A DNA stretch of 64,000 nucleotides from Candidatus Bathyarchaeota archaeon (lineage in GTDB: Archaea > Thermoproteota > Bathyarchaeia > 40CM-2-53-6), in the NCBI GenBank assembly GCA_963706285.1, contig CAVPLU010000006.1:30439-94438 (forward strand). Direction: 5' to 3'. Below, in pieces: positions 40,449-51,492 of the stretch. Positions within the stretch are counted from its first letter, which is position 1. Each line of letters opens with the position of its first letter. The notes beneath the pieces are model-generated. The model made no database searches. It was not told the DNA's origin and saw only the letters and a program-made list of their open reading frames with translations. The position numbers were made by a program, and so were the translations under genes.

Positions 40449-42575
40449 TTGGCAACTACGCAGTTCAAGTATGCGCTTGGCAGGGTAGCAAACGGCTACA
40501 ACAACAGAACATTATACATCGACGTTTCAAACATGCGGATTGTCGAGAAGCCAGCTACCGAAAACATGAAAGAGAAATTCATAGGCGGCCGCGGATTCGA
40601 TCTTTTTCTCCTCTGGCAGGCCCTACCGAAAGATCGTATCATTGGTTGGGATGACCCTGAAAACGAGATATGTGTTGCTTGCGGCCCCTTGGGGGGGACG
40701 CCAGGATACCCGGGCAGCGGGAAAAGCATTGCAGTTACGATATCTCCACTGACCGGGTCTGTTGTCGATTCGAATGTCGGTGGATACTTTGGGCCTTATC
40801 TGAAGTTTGCCGGTTGGGATGCGCTTGAGATTCAAGGAAAATCCAATTTCGAAGCAGTTATTCTCATAGACGGAGACAATGGCATAGTCCAGATAGAGGA
40901 TGGATCCGGACTTCCTAACCAAACGCACTCTCTAACAGATACCCTGGCTAGGAGATTCGGAGGTGACAAGCCGAATAGCATTTCCGTCATCTCGTCAGGC
41001 CCAGCAGCTGAGCACACTCTCATGGGGTCTCTCAATTCTTCATGGTACGACGCAGCACGTAAGACTCACAGGATCAAACAGGCGGGAAGAGGCGGAATCG
41101 GAACAGTACTTCGCAATAAGAGAATAAAGGCAATAGTAGTGAAGTATTCTGGTGGAATAACCGCCGAGTCAAACGGTCCGGCAGATCCAGAACTAGTAAA
41201 GAAGACAGGGACTGCTCTCGCAAAGGAAATACGAATGCTTGATCCCAAACAGAATGAAATGTCAATCGTCGGGACTACTCATCTCGTTACCATAATGAAC
41301 GAATTCGATCTTCTCCCAGTAAACAATTTCCGATTTGGAAGCAACGTCGAAGCAGAAAGAATTGGCAGAGAAGTCTACAGAAAGAAGTTCGACAAGGGAT
41401 TCGACGGGTGCTGGATGGGGTGCGCTTTGTCATGCGCCCATGTTATCAAAGGATTCCGGCTCAGGACAGGTCCACATCGTGGACAAGAAGTCTACGTGGA
41501 CGGTCCTGAATACGAAACCATTGCTGGAGTCGGCAGCAACTGCGGTATCTTTGACCCCGACTACATCACCGAGATGAACTTCTACTGTGACACGTATGGC
41601 CTGGATACGATCTCCATTGGCACAAGTATCGCCTTTGCAATGGAGTGTTACGAAATGGGGCTAATTGACAAGAATGTGACCGGTGGTTTGGATCTCAAGT
41701 TCGGCAACAAGGAGGCGGCTCTTGAACTGGTCCATCAGATGGCCAGCGGGAACGGCTTCGGCGTTGTGGTTGGACAAGGGATAAGGCGAATGAAGCGACT
41801 TTTTGCTGAAAAGTACGGAGCTGATCCAAAGATCCTAAACGACATTGGCATGGAGGCCAAGGGATTGGAGTTCTCTGAGTATGTGACCAAGGAATCGTTG
41901 GCACAGCAAGGCGGATACGGACTCGCCTTGAAAGGCCCTCAACACGACGAGGCTTGGTTGATATTCCTTGACATGGTGCATAAACTGATGCCGACATTTG
42001 AACAGAAAGCCGAGAACTTACATTGGTTCCCGATGTTCCGCACTTGGTTCGGCCTGAACGGCCTATGCAAACTGCCATGGAATGACGTTATTCCGGAGAA
42101 CAATAGCAAGACAAAGGAGCCGGCAAAGGTAATGGCTCATGTTGAGGACTATGCCACTTTCTTCTCGGCAGTAACCGGAAGAAAAGTCACACCTGACGAT
42201 ATTATCCCAATGAGCGAACGCGTATACAATTTCCAACGAATCTTCAACCTGAGAATGGGTTACGGCACACGAGAGCACGACGCCATACCCTATCGAGCTG
42301 TGGGGCCCGTAACAAAGGAAGAATATGAAAGTCGTCAAGAACGCTACGATACCCAACTTAAGGAAAAAGTGGGCTTTGATCCAGCAGGTCGGAGTACTAA
42401 CGAAAAAATGGAAGCACTCCGGAGATATCGCGAAGCAGAATACGAGAGGTTGAAGGACGCGGTCTACGAGAGAAGAGGGTGGAACAAGAACGGCGTGCCA
42501 ACTCTGGAAAAGGCCAAGGCCCTTGGCATAGACTACCCGGACGTAGTGGAGCTATTAGAGAAGCATGGTGCCTAG
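40449..42575 (+). CDS. aor: Tungsten-containing aldehyde:ferredoxin oxidoreductase family protein
   Basis: 'FIGGRG', 'SPLTG..DSNVGG', 'AGRGG.G', 'GCWMGCALSC', 'GPEYET', 'DTYGLDTIS'. Confidence 0.92.
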   Translation: MATTQFKYALGRVANGYNNRTLYIDVSNMRIVEKPATENMKEKFIGGRGFDLFLLWQALPKDRIIGWDDPENEICVACGPLGGTPGYPGSGKSIAVTISPLTGSVVDSNVGGYFGPYLKFAGWDALEIQGKSNFEAVILIDGDNGIVQIEDGSGLPNQTHSLTDTLARRFGGDKPNSISVISSGPAAEHTLMGSLNSSWYDAARKTHRIKQAGRGGIGTVLRNKRIKAIVVKYSGGITAESNGPADPELVKKTGTALAKEIRMLDPKQNEMSIVGTTHLVTIMNEFDLLPVNNFRFGSNVEAERIGREVYRKKFDKGFDGCWMGCALSCAHVIKGFRLRTGPHRGQEVYVDGPEYETIAGVGSNCGIFDPDYITEMNFYCDTYGLDTISIGTSIAFAMECYEMGLIDKNVTGGLDLKFGNKEAALELVHQMASGNGFGVVVGQGIRRMKRLFAEKYGADPKILNDIGMEAKGLEFSEYVTKESLAQQGGYGLALKGPQHDEAWLIFLDMVHKLMPTFEQKAENLHWFPMFRTWFGLNGLCKLPWNDVIPENNSKTKEPAKVMAHVEDYATFFSAVTGRKVTPDDIIPMSERVYNFQRIFNLRMGYGTREHDAIPYRAVGPVTKEEYESRQERYDTQLKEKVGFDPAGRSTNEKMEALRRYREAEYERLKDAVYERRGWNKNGVPTLEKAKALGIDYPDVVELLEKHGA

Positions 42576-42630
42576 TCCAAACGCCTGGCTTATGCAAGAC
42601 ATCAACTTCCGAGGACGTTGAGCCAGTCGT

Positions 42631-42660
42631 AGCACCGAGGGCGGAGCCGCCTCGGGCGCT
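42631..42660. terminator. GC-rich hairpin between the convergent aor and hisS genes
   Basis: CCGAG-G-GCGG-AG-CCGC-CTCGG inverted repeat; function unproven. Confidence 0.3.
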
Positions 42661-42672
42661 CCATCTCGCTTC

Positions 42673-43983
42673 CTATTCGGATAACAATTGGCTGATGATT
42701 TCTTCCAGTGTGAGGCTTTCCTCTGTCCGCTTCTTCATGTCTCTGAGTTTGAATTGGCCTGATTTGATTTCTTGAGGACCCACGATTAGTGCGTAGGGAA
42801 TGCCCAGTGAGTCTGCGTACTCAAGCTGTTTTGCAAGAGACTTGTGCTTGACATCCACATCCGACGAGATTCGAACACCGCGGAGTTTGCCCGCAATCGA
42901 GAGTGCCTGTTGCCTGACGTCGTCATTGACCGCGGCGACAAAGACAGTTCCCGCCTGCCTAAGCTTCGGGAACACGCCTTCCTTCTCTAATGAGATCATA
43001 AGCCTCTCTATGCCCCCCGCGACTCCCGTCGCTGGAATACTCCTCTTTCCATAGACGCCGCAAAGCTTGTCGTACCTTCCTCCGCCCAATATTGCTCCGA
43101 CATCTCCTTCCCCTTTGTCGAAAGCCTCAAAGACGATGCCATCGTAGTATCCAATGCCTCTAACTACGCTCATATCGAGTAAGCAACGATCCAACTTACC
43201 GAAACCCTGTAACGCGTCAGTCAGCTGAGCAAGTTGTCTGTAACCTAGCTTTGCAACTTCGTTTCGTGTCTCAACTTCACAGATCTTGTTGAGGACTTCA
43301 GCAGGTTTCCCTTGGATCGATGTGAAATCCACTAGCGCGTCTATAACCGTGCTCTCCAGCCCCTCTGAACGCAGTTCCGTCTTGACAGCTTCACTAGAGA
43401 TCTTACGCGACTTGTCGACTATGCGAAAGACCGCTTCCATCTTCCCTTGAGCCTGCAATCCTAGGCTTTCAATGAATCCTTGGATGACCTTGCGATTCGA
43501 AATCCGAACTTCAAATTCTTTCAGCCCAACATTGCATAGAATGTCAATACTTAGGGCGATGACTTCTGCATCGGCTACTGGGTCGTCGGATCCGAAGATC
43601 TCCGCGTCCCACTGGGTGAAATATCTGTATCGCCCATATTGTGGTTCATCGTATCGCCAGTTACCGCCAATACAGGCAAACTTGATTGGTTCAGGGAGAT
43701 CGGAGCGGCCAGCGATCATGCGAGCCATGCCGACGGTTAGATCGAACCTGAGGCCGATACTGCGGCCTGCTTTGTCGTTGAACCAGTAGATCTCATCCTT
43801 GATGGCGGGCCCACTTTTCGCCTCTAGAGTTCTGAGTTCCTCAAGCGTCGCGGGTTCCATCTCCTGAAACGCGTATCTACGAAACACGTCTCGTATTCTC
43901 TCGTAAACCCAGTTGCGCTTCGCCATCTCATCAGGTTCGATGTCTCTGATTCCTCTTGGCAAAGTGAATGGTTTGTCTGACAT
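42673..43983 (-). CDS. hisS: Histidyl-tRNA synthetase
   Basis: 'PRGIRD', 'LRFDLT', 'RYDEPQYGRYR', 'RGIGYYDG', 'GGGRYD'. Confidence 0.95.
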   Translation of the reverse strand: MSDKPFTLPRGIRDIEPDEMAKRNWVYERIRDVFRRYAFQEMEPATLEELRTLEAKSGPAIKDEIYWFNDKAGRSIGLRFDLTVGMARMIAGRSDLPEPIKFACIGGNWRYDEPQYGRYRYFTQWDAEIFGSDDPVADAEVIALSIDILCNVGLKEFEVRISNRKVIQGFIESLGLQAQGKMEAVFRIVDKSRKISSEAVKTELRSEGLESTVIDALVDFTSIQGKPAEVLNKICEVETRNEVAKLGYRQLAQLTDALQGFGKLDRCLLDMSVVRGIGYYDGIVFEAFDKGEGDVGAILGGGRYDKLCGVYGKRSIPATGVAGGIERLMISLEKEGVFPKLRQAGTVFVAAVNDDVRQQALSIAGKLRGVRISSDVDVKHKSLAKQLEYADSLGIPYALIVGPQEIKSGQFKLRDMKKRTEESLTLEEIISQLLSE

Positions 43984-44115
43984 TCGGCTCGCCTCTATGC
44001 TCATGCAGGACGCTATCTCATTCGAAGGTGTGCTAAGTGTTTTCTTTCGATTTTCGTGCACCACGGCTTATTAGGGGGAGAGGCAACTCCCCTAGATTCC
44101 TATTTGGACGTGCGG

Positions 44116-44637
44116 ATGTTGCCAGGAGCAAGAGCAAGTTTCGGCATGTCAGTCCTGACTGGATTGGTCATTGCTGGAGTCATAGGAGTCCTTCTAGATA
44201 TTACAGAAATCCCAGCGGGTGGCGCCATCGGTGCCTTCGTTGGCGGGCTTGTCTCGGCCTTGCTCCTCTACGCTGGACGTAGGAGGACAACGATCATCGG
44301 ATTTCTTGTTGGGTTGTTCAGCTTTCCAGTTGAACTTACGATCCTAATGGGAGTAGTCACTTCCAATCTGTACACGCCACCCCAAGTTCCGGAAATTTCA
44401 TCGAGCGTTCTGCTAGTCGCCTTAGTAACGACTCTGCTCATGCAGATCATGGGAGGAACAATTGGAGGACTTCTTGGCGGCATCATACGACACCCGCCGC
44501 CAGGGACAGAAGAGGTGCCAAGCCCAAACCCGCCTCCGTCTCCACAGCGTCCCGAGAAGTATTGTGTCCAATGTGGAGCAGGGTTGGCTAAGGGGGCCTC
44601 GATCTGTCACGCTTGCGGGGCAAAACAGCCCTCATGA
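44116..44637 (+). CDS. Membrane protein with a C-terminal double zinc ribbon
   Basis: Four hydrophobic segments, Pro-rich linker, 'CVQCG...CHACG'. Confidence 0.7.
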   Translation: MLPGARASFGMSVLTGLVIAGVIGVLLDITEIPAGGAIGAFVGGLVSALLLYAGRRRTTIIGFLVGLFSFPVELTILMGVVTSNLYTPPQVPEISSSVLLVALVTTLLMQIMGGTIGGLLGGIIRHPPPGTEEVPSPNPPPSPQRPEKYCVQCGAGLAKGASICHACGAKQPS

Positions 44638-44734
44638 TCAGCGCTACGATTCCTCTGGGATCAACAACCTGAGTCTGAACAACCCGTCTCTCTACTGGTG
44701 GAGAGTAGGGTCTGTGGACTACTCTGGGCCTAGG

Positions 44735-45259
44735 CTATACTTTGAGGAAGTCAAGCGAATAGTAGACAATGTCAGTTCGTCTGTCAACTACTGCCAGAAT
44801 CAGGTCTTTCTTGTCCCTCGAAGCTCTCTTCAGCAGCTTTCGGAGGGTCTTAAGGTCCGCCTCTCCGCCCTCGTAGACAATGTAAACGTATCTCCGCATC
44901 GGTCCTTTTCCATGAATCTCAAAATCAAAAACTGGGGATTCTCTAACGATGTATCCTCGGTCCCGAAGGTCGCGGTATACTAGATATTTCACCCAGAGAG
45001 CGGGCTCTTTCGTAGCTGCCGACTTCACCAGTTTCTCAAAGGTAATGCTCTCTTTTTTCTTCCCTTCGACGGTGATTCTGCCTTTCTCAAGAAGATAGAA
45101 TGCCTCATGGGGTGTCAGAACGAGCTTCTTTCCTCGAAGCTCTCCGAAGCCACGCTCACGCATCTCCATTAGTTCCGATGCTCTCGGGAAAAAGACTTCG
45201 TTCGTTCCGAGGAATGCTTCGTAGACTTGGAATGGCTTCTCAGCCTCTGGCTCACTCAC
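44735..45259 (-). CDS. endA: tRNA splicing endonuclease, structural (non-catalytic, beta-type) subunit
   Basis: 'EAFYL', 'YLVYRDLRDRGY', 'LILAVVD....IVYY'; the catalytic 'KYG' Tyr and the His are absent. Confidence 0.82.
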   Translation of the reverse strand: MSEPEAEKPFQVYEAFLGTNEVFFPRASELMEMRERGFGELRGKKLVLTPHEAFYLLEKGRITVEGKKKESITFEKLVKSAATKEPALWVKYLVYRDLRDRGYIVRESPVFDFEIHGKGPMRRYVYIVYEGGEADLKTLRKLLKRASRDKKDLILAVVDRRTDIVYYSLDFLKV

Positions 45260-45352
45260 TATTTGTTCAGTCCCGCTCGATTAGTCGAATGTCATCTACA
45301 CAAGCGCTTTGCTTTTAATGTAATCGCGTGGTGCTCTACGTCGGCGTCATGC

Positions 45353-46387
45353 TTGGTTGATCTCAAGACTTTGAGGACTGTTGAGTGGACGCGTACCGGA
45401 GTGCGGTTAGTCGACCAAAGGCGGCTCCCTGATCGACTGACGTACGTGGTGTGCCGGGATTATCGACAAGTTGCTCATGCAATACGCGATATGACTGTGA
45501 GAGGAGCGCCTGCCATTGGAGTCACCGCAGCGATGGGACTAGCCCTAGCAGCGAAACGCAGCAAACACAGCGATGAGAAGCGGCTATTGCTCGATGTTGA
45601 GAAAGCTGCGGTGACTATTCGAGCAACGCGACCCACCGCAAGAAACCTGTTCTGGGCGATCGAGCGGATAATGAAGAAAGCCCGAGAGGCAGCTCACCAA
45701 GGACTTGACATCCGAGAGACTCTCGTGGCCGAAGCACAGCTTATGGCGAATGAGGACATCGAAGCTAACCGAAAGATGGGTGCCAATGGCGCCCAGTTGA
45801 TTCAAGATGGCGATACAGTTCTCACGCACTGCAATACCGGCACGATGGCTACTGTAAGCTACGGAACGGCACTGGGAGTGGTTCGAAGCGCGATCGCACA
45901 AGGCAAGAAAGTCAACCTCATCGCAACCGAGACTAGGCCAAGACAGCAGGGTGCAAAGATAACTGTCTATGAGGCAATGTCGGACAAGATCCCCACGACT
46001 TTGATTGTTGATAGCGCCGTCGGAATAACGATGTCAAAGGGCATGATAAACAAGGTCATCGTAGGAGCTGACCGAATAACGAGAACTGCTGTCGCAAACA
46101 AAGTGGGCACTCTTATGATTGCCCTCGCCGCAAAATACTACGGCATCCCTTTCTACGTTGCCGCTCCTACCACAACACTCGACCTGACTGCAGATTCTGC
46201 CAACATATCGATCGAGGAACGGGACCCGAGAGAGGTTACAGAGATCCGAGGAAAGCGAATTACGCCAGAGGGAGTCAAAGTCTTCAACCCAGCGTTTGAC
46301 GCAACGCCGCTGGAGCTCGTCACCGCAGTGATCACGGAAAAGGGAGTATTCTCAAAGGAACAACTGCTGAAGGTGGCAGGCGTCTGA
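45353..46387 (+). CDS. mtnA: Methylthioribose-1-phosphate isomerase (eIF2B-like family)
   Basis: 'DQRRLP', 'VRGAPAIG', 'TRPTARNL', 'THCN', 'ETRP', 'GADRI', 'NPAFD'. Confidence 0.9.
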   Translation: MVDLKTLRTVEWTRTGVRLVDQRRLPDRLTYVVCRDYRQVAHAIRDMTVRGAPAIGVTAAMGLALAAKRSKHSDEKRLLLDVEKAAVTIRATRPTARNLFWAIERIMKKAREAAHQGLDIRETLVAEAQLMANEDIEANRKMGANGAQLIQDGDTVLTHCNTGTMATVSYGTALGVVRSAIAQGKKVNLIATETRPRQQGAKITVYEAMSDKIPTTLIVDSAVGITMSKGMINKVIVGADRITRTAVANKVGTLMIALAAKYYGIPFYVAAPTTTLDLTADSANISIEERDPREVTEIRGKRITPEGVKVFNPAFDATPLELVTAVITEKGVFSKEQLLKVAGV

Positions 46388-46420
46388 CCGAGCAAAGCTG
46401 GTCAGGGTAGTATGGTGCGC

Positions 46421-47473
46421 TCACTCTGATCTGCTAAAGGTGCAGAGTTCACTTGGTTCTTCTAGGTATCGGTTGATTGTGACCTCAGCGATCATCTGGC
46501 AGTATCGAGCGGTCTCTGTTAGATTCCACGCAATTGATCTAAACGCAAGCGCAACATTTCGGTTTGAGACATCGTCCACAATCTTCTCTGAGATCTTCCT
46601 GTTCCTAGCCTGCGTGCGTATGCCGTCTTCGATTGATTTGTTCGCAAGATCTACATCCAGCTTGACAAAAGCTTTCATGGTGTTTTCCGAAATGAGCTTG
46701 ACCGCTTTGCTCATCTCAACGATTTCGTCAAGCACTGGCTTGTGTTTGTCATAATCTTCATCTTTGATTCCGATGACTTCCTTAGCCACATTCTCTGCGC
46801 AATCGGCGATACATTCCAAGTACTTCGAAACGATGCGGTTTCCCAACGTGTGTTGTGGATTAAAGACTCCGATATCGCGAGCGGTGCTGAGCCTTGTCGT
46901 TGCCAGTATCAGTTGACGAACTATGAGCCAATAGATCCGATCAGCCTCGTTCTCTATCTGAAGAACCTGGCCGGCAATGTCATGCCTCTTATCCAAAAGG
47001 GCCGTTATTGCTGCGTCTTGCATAGAGAGTCCAACTCTGTGCAACCTTTGAATCAAGCCGCTAACGGGGAACTTGGAGGGATCCACGAAACTCTGGATCA
47101 CTACCTGCTTGGGACTCTGTTCAACAATGCTGAGTCCCATCAGTCTCTGAACCGTGCTTCTGATTTCCCACAGGTGCTCTGAACTCAGGCCCTTGCTTGA
47201 CGTTATGACTACCGAATCTCTTCCCTCAATGTAGTTCCCGGTGATGATCCTTGAGAGTAGCTCTCGTTCTTTGCATAGGTCAGCGTTCACTCTTGCCACC
47301 GTGGACTCTCCCTCTTCGCCGGCCAAACCCGGAATCAGCCTGAGGCATCCGTCGTCTGTGCGTCTCAGAGAGACAACGTTTCCTTGCTTCAGACCTACTT
47401 GTTCCACCCAGTCTCGCGGCAGGGAGACTGTGAGTGTCGAATGTCCGACTTTCTGCACTTTCCGAATTTCCAT
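46421..47473 (-). CDS. phoU: Archaeal PhoU-family regulator with an N-terminal AbrB domain
   Basis: 'RKVQKVG.STL.VSLPRDW', 'ENEADRIYW', 'LECIADCA'. Confidence 0.85.
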   Translation of the reverse strand: MEIRKVQKVGHSTLTVSLPRDWVEQVGLKQGNVVSLRRTDDGCLRLIPGLAGEEGESTVARVNADLCKERELLSRIITGNYIEGRDSVVITSSKGLSSEHLWEIRSTVQRLMGLSIVEQSPKQVVIQSFVDPSKFPVSGLIQRLHRVGLSMQDAAITALLDKRHDIAGQVLQIENEADRIYWLIVRQLILATTRLSTARDIGVFNPQHTLGNRIVSKYLECIADCAENVAKEVIGIKDEDYDKHKPVLDEIVEMSKAVKLISENTMKAFVKLDVDLANKSIEDGIRTQARNRKISEKIVDDVSNRNVALAFRSIAWNLTETARYCQMIAEVTINRYLEEPSELCTFSRSE

Positions 47474-47668
47474 TCAATCTACCCAACTAGGAGCTAGGCG
47501 ACGGGTCTTAGTGGTCCTTGTGTTTACCGTCATTACCTAGTGCATAGCTCCATGGGCGAAGTTTTGAACATATATATTGCGTTTAGAAAGCAAATAGAAT
47601 CACTAGGAAATGCGTGAAACCTAATTGTTGGGGTCAGTGTCCAAGGCTCTGGCCTTGGCTGACCCGTG

Positions 47669-48779
47669 CTACACTCGGCATCTCATTGTGGATATGATTC
47701 TGTGATCCGCCCAGATCTTGCAGGTTCCTTCAGATGAGACCATGGTGGGGCCAATCGGGATCGCAGGCGTGCATTCCTTCATGTATAGCGGACATTCAGG
47801 AGGATCAATCTTGCCGATAATGACATCGGCACACCTAGCGTTCTTCACAAACTCCTCGCTTGCAGTTTTCGCAATTAATCCATAATGCTCCCGCGCATCA
47901 AGCCGCGAGAACTCAGCTCTCAAATCGAGCGCGCTACGTGGTATTGTTGCAACTCCGCGCCAATATCCATCACGAAGATCAAACGCCTTCCTCATGGTTT
48001 CCTGTGCTTTCAGGTTTCCATCCCATGTTACCGCACGTGTGTACTCGTTCTCCATCTTTGGCTCGTTGGCACGGATCTGCTTCGAGAATCATAGCGACCG
48101 AGATCAATACGTCTAGCGGCTCAAATCCCGAGAATACCATCGGTTTGTGGAATTCATCAAAACATGGCCTGTATGCTTTCATGCCAGTGATCGTTGAAGC
48201 GTGTCCCGCGTTGATGAAAGCATCAACTCGAAGATCTGGTGATCTTGAGACTGCTTCGACTGCCGAGGGGACATATCGGTATGATGTTAGGAACCGAAGG
48301 TTAGAAGGCGGCCCCTCCAATATCTCATATGCAGTAGCCGGTGCTGTAGTCTCGAAGCCAACTGCAAAGAATACGAATTCCTTTTCAGGCCGCGACTTTG
48401 CGATCTTGACTGCATCGTGGACGCTGTAGACCACGCGAACGTCTCCGCCAAGGGTCTTCGCATCAGCCAAAGAATGCTTTGACCCCTTTGCACGTGACAT
48501 ATCACCGTAGGTCAGGATCGTCTTGCCGCCAAGTGCGAGTTCGACAGCGGCATCAATGTCAGCGGCGGGTGTCACGCATACGGGACAGCCCGGGCCTGCA
48601 CGGACTTCCACATTCTCAGGCAGGAGACTTCTCACGCCATGGTGTGTGATTGTCCATTCGTGAGAGCCACATACATGCATGATCAGTATGCTGCGTCCTA
48701 TCTCCTTACCGAGTCTGCTGATCCTGCTCTGCATCTTCTTTGCTAGCTCAGCATCCCGATAACCGTCAAGGATTGACAA
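47669..48779 (-). CDS. hypD: Hydrogenase maturation protein HypD (frameshift near 48080)
   Basis: 'MHVCGSHE', 'GPGCPVC', 'GFETT', 'PIGPTMVSSEGTC'. Confidence 0.9.
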
Positions 48780-48786
48780 AAAAAAG

Positions 48787-49032
48787 TCACCAACCGGAGG
48801 ATCCTGATTCTTGCTCGTAGGCAAGTATTTCTTTCCAGTATGAGAGGGTCTTTTGCGCTTCCTCCTCATCCATAACCTGAATCGCGTATCCTGCATGAAC
48901 GAGAACATATTGGCCGAGCTTGACCTCAACCAGGGAGACGTTGATGCCCTCTCTCGCGGTGCCCTCACCAAAGTCAACCTTGGCGAAGTCGCCGTCTATG
49001 CTAAGTACTCGTCCCGGAAACGCGAGGCACAT
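48787..49032 (-). CDS. hypC: Hydrogenase maturation chaperone HypC
   Basis: N-terminal 'MCLAFPG', 'VLVHAGYA'. Confidence 0.93.
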   Translation of the reverse strand: MCLAFPGRVLSIDGDFAKVDFGEGTAREGINVSLVEVKLGQYVLVHAGYAIQVMDEEEAQKTLSYWKEILAYEQESGSSGW

Positions 49033-49227
49033 GAAGACCTTCGCACGATTACGAAGAGCTACTATTAGGGTTGCTGCTTACGAGGCATTTAGAACAAGTA
49101 GTTGAGCCGAGTCCGACGCATTCATCCACTGATGCGTCTACGTGACATTGCCATTAAGTTTCTACTTTGGCAACAAGCTCTCATTCTCTTCCTGTTTCAT
49201 GGCCAAGCTGCGATGATAGACGCGCGA

Positions 49228-51492
49228 CTAGCTTTGAGCAGCCACTACCGCCTGTCCGAATGATAGCCCGCCATCTCCGGGCGGGATAGCTTCATGGATC
49301 AGAAAGCGAAGCCCCGCACTCTCAACCGTCGTCCGCAGAATACGCGTGATCGCTTCGTTGCATGCGACGCCACCTGTGAAGCCAACGGTCTTGAGCCCAA
49401 GCGCGTTTGCGGCCATTATCGAGCTAATGCCAAGCGATCGTGCCATCCATGATTGAGCGGAGTAAGCGAGATCTCGAATGCTGAACCGTCCGACATTCAT
49501 CAGGATCTCGCGAACTGCAAAGGTCGTCTCAATCACTTCTCCATTGAGCGCCGGTTCAAGCTTCAGTACATCTTCCCCACCGATCGCGCTTGACTCGAGC
49601 TTCATGGCCGGTTCACCCTCGTAGGTTCGCTCGTAGCAAATACCAAGAACAGCTGCGATCGCGTCAAGCACACGTCCACAACTAGTCGTCATTGTTTGCG
49701 CGGAGGGCGTCTGCTTGAGAATCATGTCCACTTCTTCTTTGCCGTGGCGGAAATATCGCTCGCGCTCGCGCAACCAATCTGCAACCTCCGGCTGATCCCT
49801 CAAAATGCCGGCGACCATCCTAAGTGGGTACTTGGTTGCGAGGTCTCCCCCGATCAATGGCTGTGGTTCAAGGTGACCGACGCGCTTGTGTCCATTCTGA
49901 TCTGCAAAGATGACTTCGCCGCCCCAAGCCGATCCATCATCACCGTACCCATAACCATCGCAACAGATTCCAACGATTTCGTCGACGCCATGTTCAGCCA
50001 TGAGGCCTGCTACGTGTGCATAGTGGTGCTGGACGGGAATCGTTCGTATACCGGATCCTTGTGCAAGTTCATCAGCGAACCTAGTTGTATTGAATTGCGG
50101 GTGCAGGTCCCGTCCAACTGCATTTGGCTTGCAGCCGGTCAACGCCAGTAGGTGCTGCGTTGCTTCTCTCTGAAATTGGAAGGTCTGAACTGTCTCGACA
50201 TCGCCAATGTGCTGTGTCATGTACGCTCTTCCTTGGTAGAGAAGACATGTGGCGACGTTCAGCTCACCACCAACGCCGAGCGTGCAAGCGTTCTTGGGAA
50301 TCGCGACTGAGATCGGGGCCGGAGCATAACCCCGAGACCGTCTCAGCAAGGTAGGCGTGCCTTCAAGCAATCTAACGACCGAGTCGTCGCATCTTTGCGA
50401 GATCCGACGATCATGCACTAGAAAGTAGTCGACGACATCTTTCAGCCTAGCGAAGGCTTCTTTATCGTCTTTGACAATCGGTTCGCTCGGTGGATTTGCA
50501 CTCGTCATGACGAAAGCACGTTCGCTTGTTTCATCATACAGCATACTGTGAAGCCCCGTGTAGGGAAGCATGACGCCGATATTGTGAAGCCCAGGTGCGA
50601 TCTGCTCGGAAAGGTCAAAATCCGCTCGCTTGCGCAGCAGAACTATCGGCTTCACATAGGAAGTCATTAGGTCCGCTTCAGCTGGAGTCAGCTCAGCAAA
50701 TGACTTTACAGCCTCAACGTCTTTGGCCATCACAGCCAGAGGTTTCTGCACTCTGAACTTGGTTTTTCGCAGTCTGACTATTGGTTCGGTGAGGCGTGTA
50801 GATGATGCCAGATGGTATCCGCCATTGCCCTTAATCGCAAGAATGTTGCCACGTTCCAATAGTCGCCCGGCTTCACGTATTGGATCAATTGAGTCAACCC
50901 GCTTGCCGTCATGGGTTGCGAGAATCACTGAAGGGCCGCATTCTTCGCACGCGACTGTCTGAGCATGGAATCTCCGATTGCTTGCAGTTCTGTACTCAAG
51001 CGAACATTTATTGCACATCGCGAAATCTCGCATAGTTGTGCGTGGGCGATCGTAAGGCAGTGCATCGATGATCGTGTAGCGTGGGCCGCAGTCTGTACAT
51101 GTGATGAAGAAGTAGTCATTCCTGCGGTCTCTCGCGTCCCGCAGCTCCCTAAGGCAGTTGTCGCATATGGCGATGTCCGGAGGGATTACTGAACCTGCGT
51201 GAAGTCGTGCCTCGCTACTCTTGAGGATTTGAAACTCCTTGAACTCTCCCGTCTCAGGCGGATAGGTTGCATCGACTTGATGTATCCTGCAAGTATTTGG
51301 TCGATCATTCTGCATTTGTGTGATGAATCTTGAAATCGAGTCTTGCGTACCCTCGATCACGACCTCCACGCCAGCGTCACCCAAGTTACGGACAAATCCG
51401 ACTAGTCCGTTTGAGGTCGCGATTCTGTAGACAAACGGTCTGAATCCCACTCCTTGGACGATGCCCTTAACGACAAGTCGAGCCCTCGTCAC
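49228..51492 (-). CDS. hypF: Carbamoyltransferase HypF
   Basis: 'GIVQGVGFRPF', two Zn fingers, 'QHHYAH', 'DGYGYG', 'PPGDGGLSFGQ'. Confidence 0.95.
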   Translation of the reverse strand: MTRARLVVKGIVQGVGFRPFVYRIATSNGLVGFVRNLGDAGVEVVIEGTQDSISRFITQMQNDRPNTCRIHQVDATYPPETGEFKEFQILKSSEARLHAGSVIPPDIAICDNCLRELRDARDRRNDYFFITCTDCGPRYTIIDALPYDRPRTTMRDFAMCNKCSLEYRTASNRRFHAQTVACEECGPSVILATHDGKRVDSIDPIREAGRLLERGNILAIKGNGGYHLASSTRLTEPIVRLRKTKFRVQKPLAVMAKDVEAVKSFAELTPAEADLMTSYVKPIVLLRKRADFDLSEQIAPGLHNIGVMLPYTGLHSMLYDETSERAFVMTSANPPSEPIVKDDKEAFARLKDVVDYFLVHDRRISQRCDDSVVRLLEGTPTLLRRSRGYAPAPISVAIPKNACTLGVGGELNVATCLLYQGRAYMTQHIGDVETVQTFQFQREATQHLLALTGCKPNAVGRDLHPQFNTTRFADELAQGSGIRTIPVQHHYAHVAGLMAEHGVDEIVGICCDGYGYGDDGSAWGGEVIFADQNGHKRVGHLEPQPLIGGDLATKYPLRMVAGILRDQPEVADWLRERERYFRHGKEEVDMILKQTPSAQTMTTSCGRVLDAIAAVLGICYERTYEGEPAMKLESSAIGGEDVLKLEPALNGEVIETTFAVREILMNVGRFSIRDLAYSAQSWMARSLGISSIMAANALGLKTVGFTGGVACNEAITRILRTTVESAGLRFLIHEAIPPGDGGLSFGQAVVAAQS

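Noticed and set aside
47669-51492. hypFCD without hypE or a hydrogenase as a novel system
   Set aside because: hyp genes are often scattered in archaea, and absence from one window is uninformative
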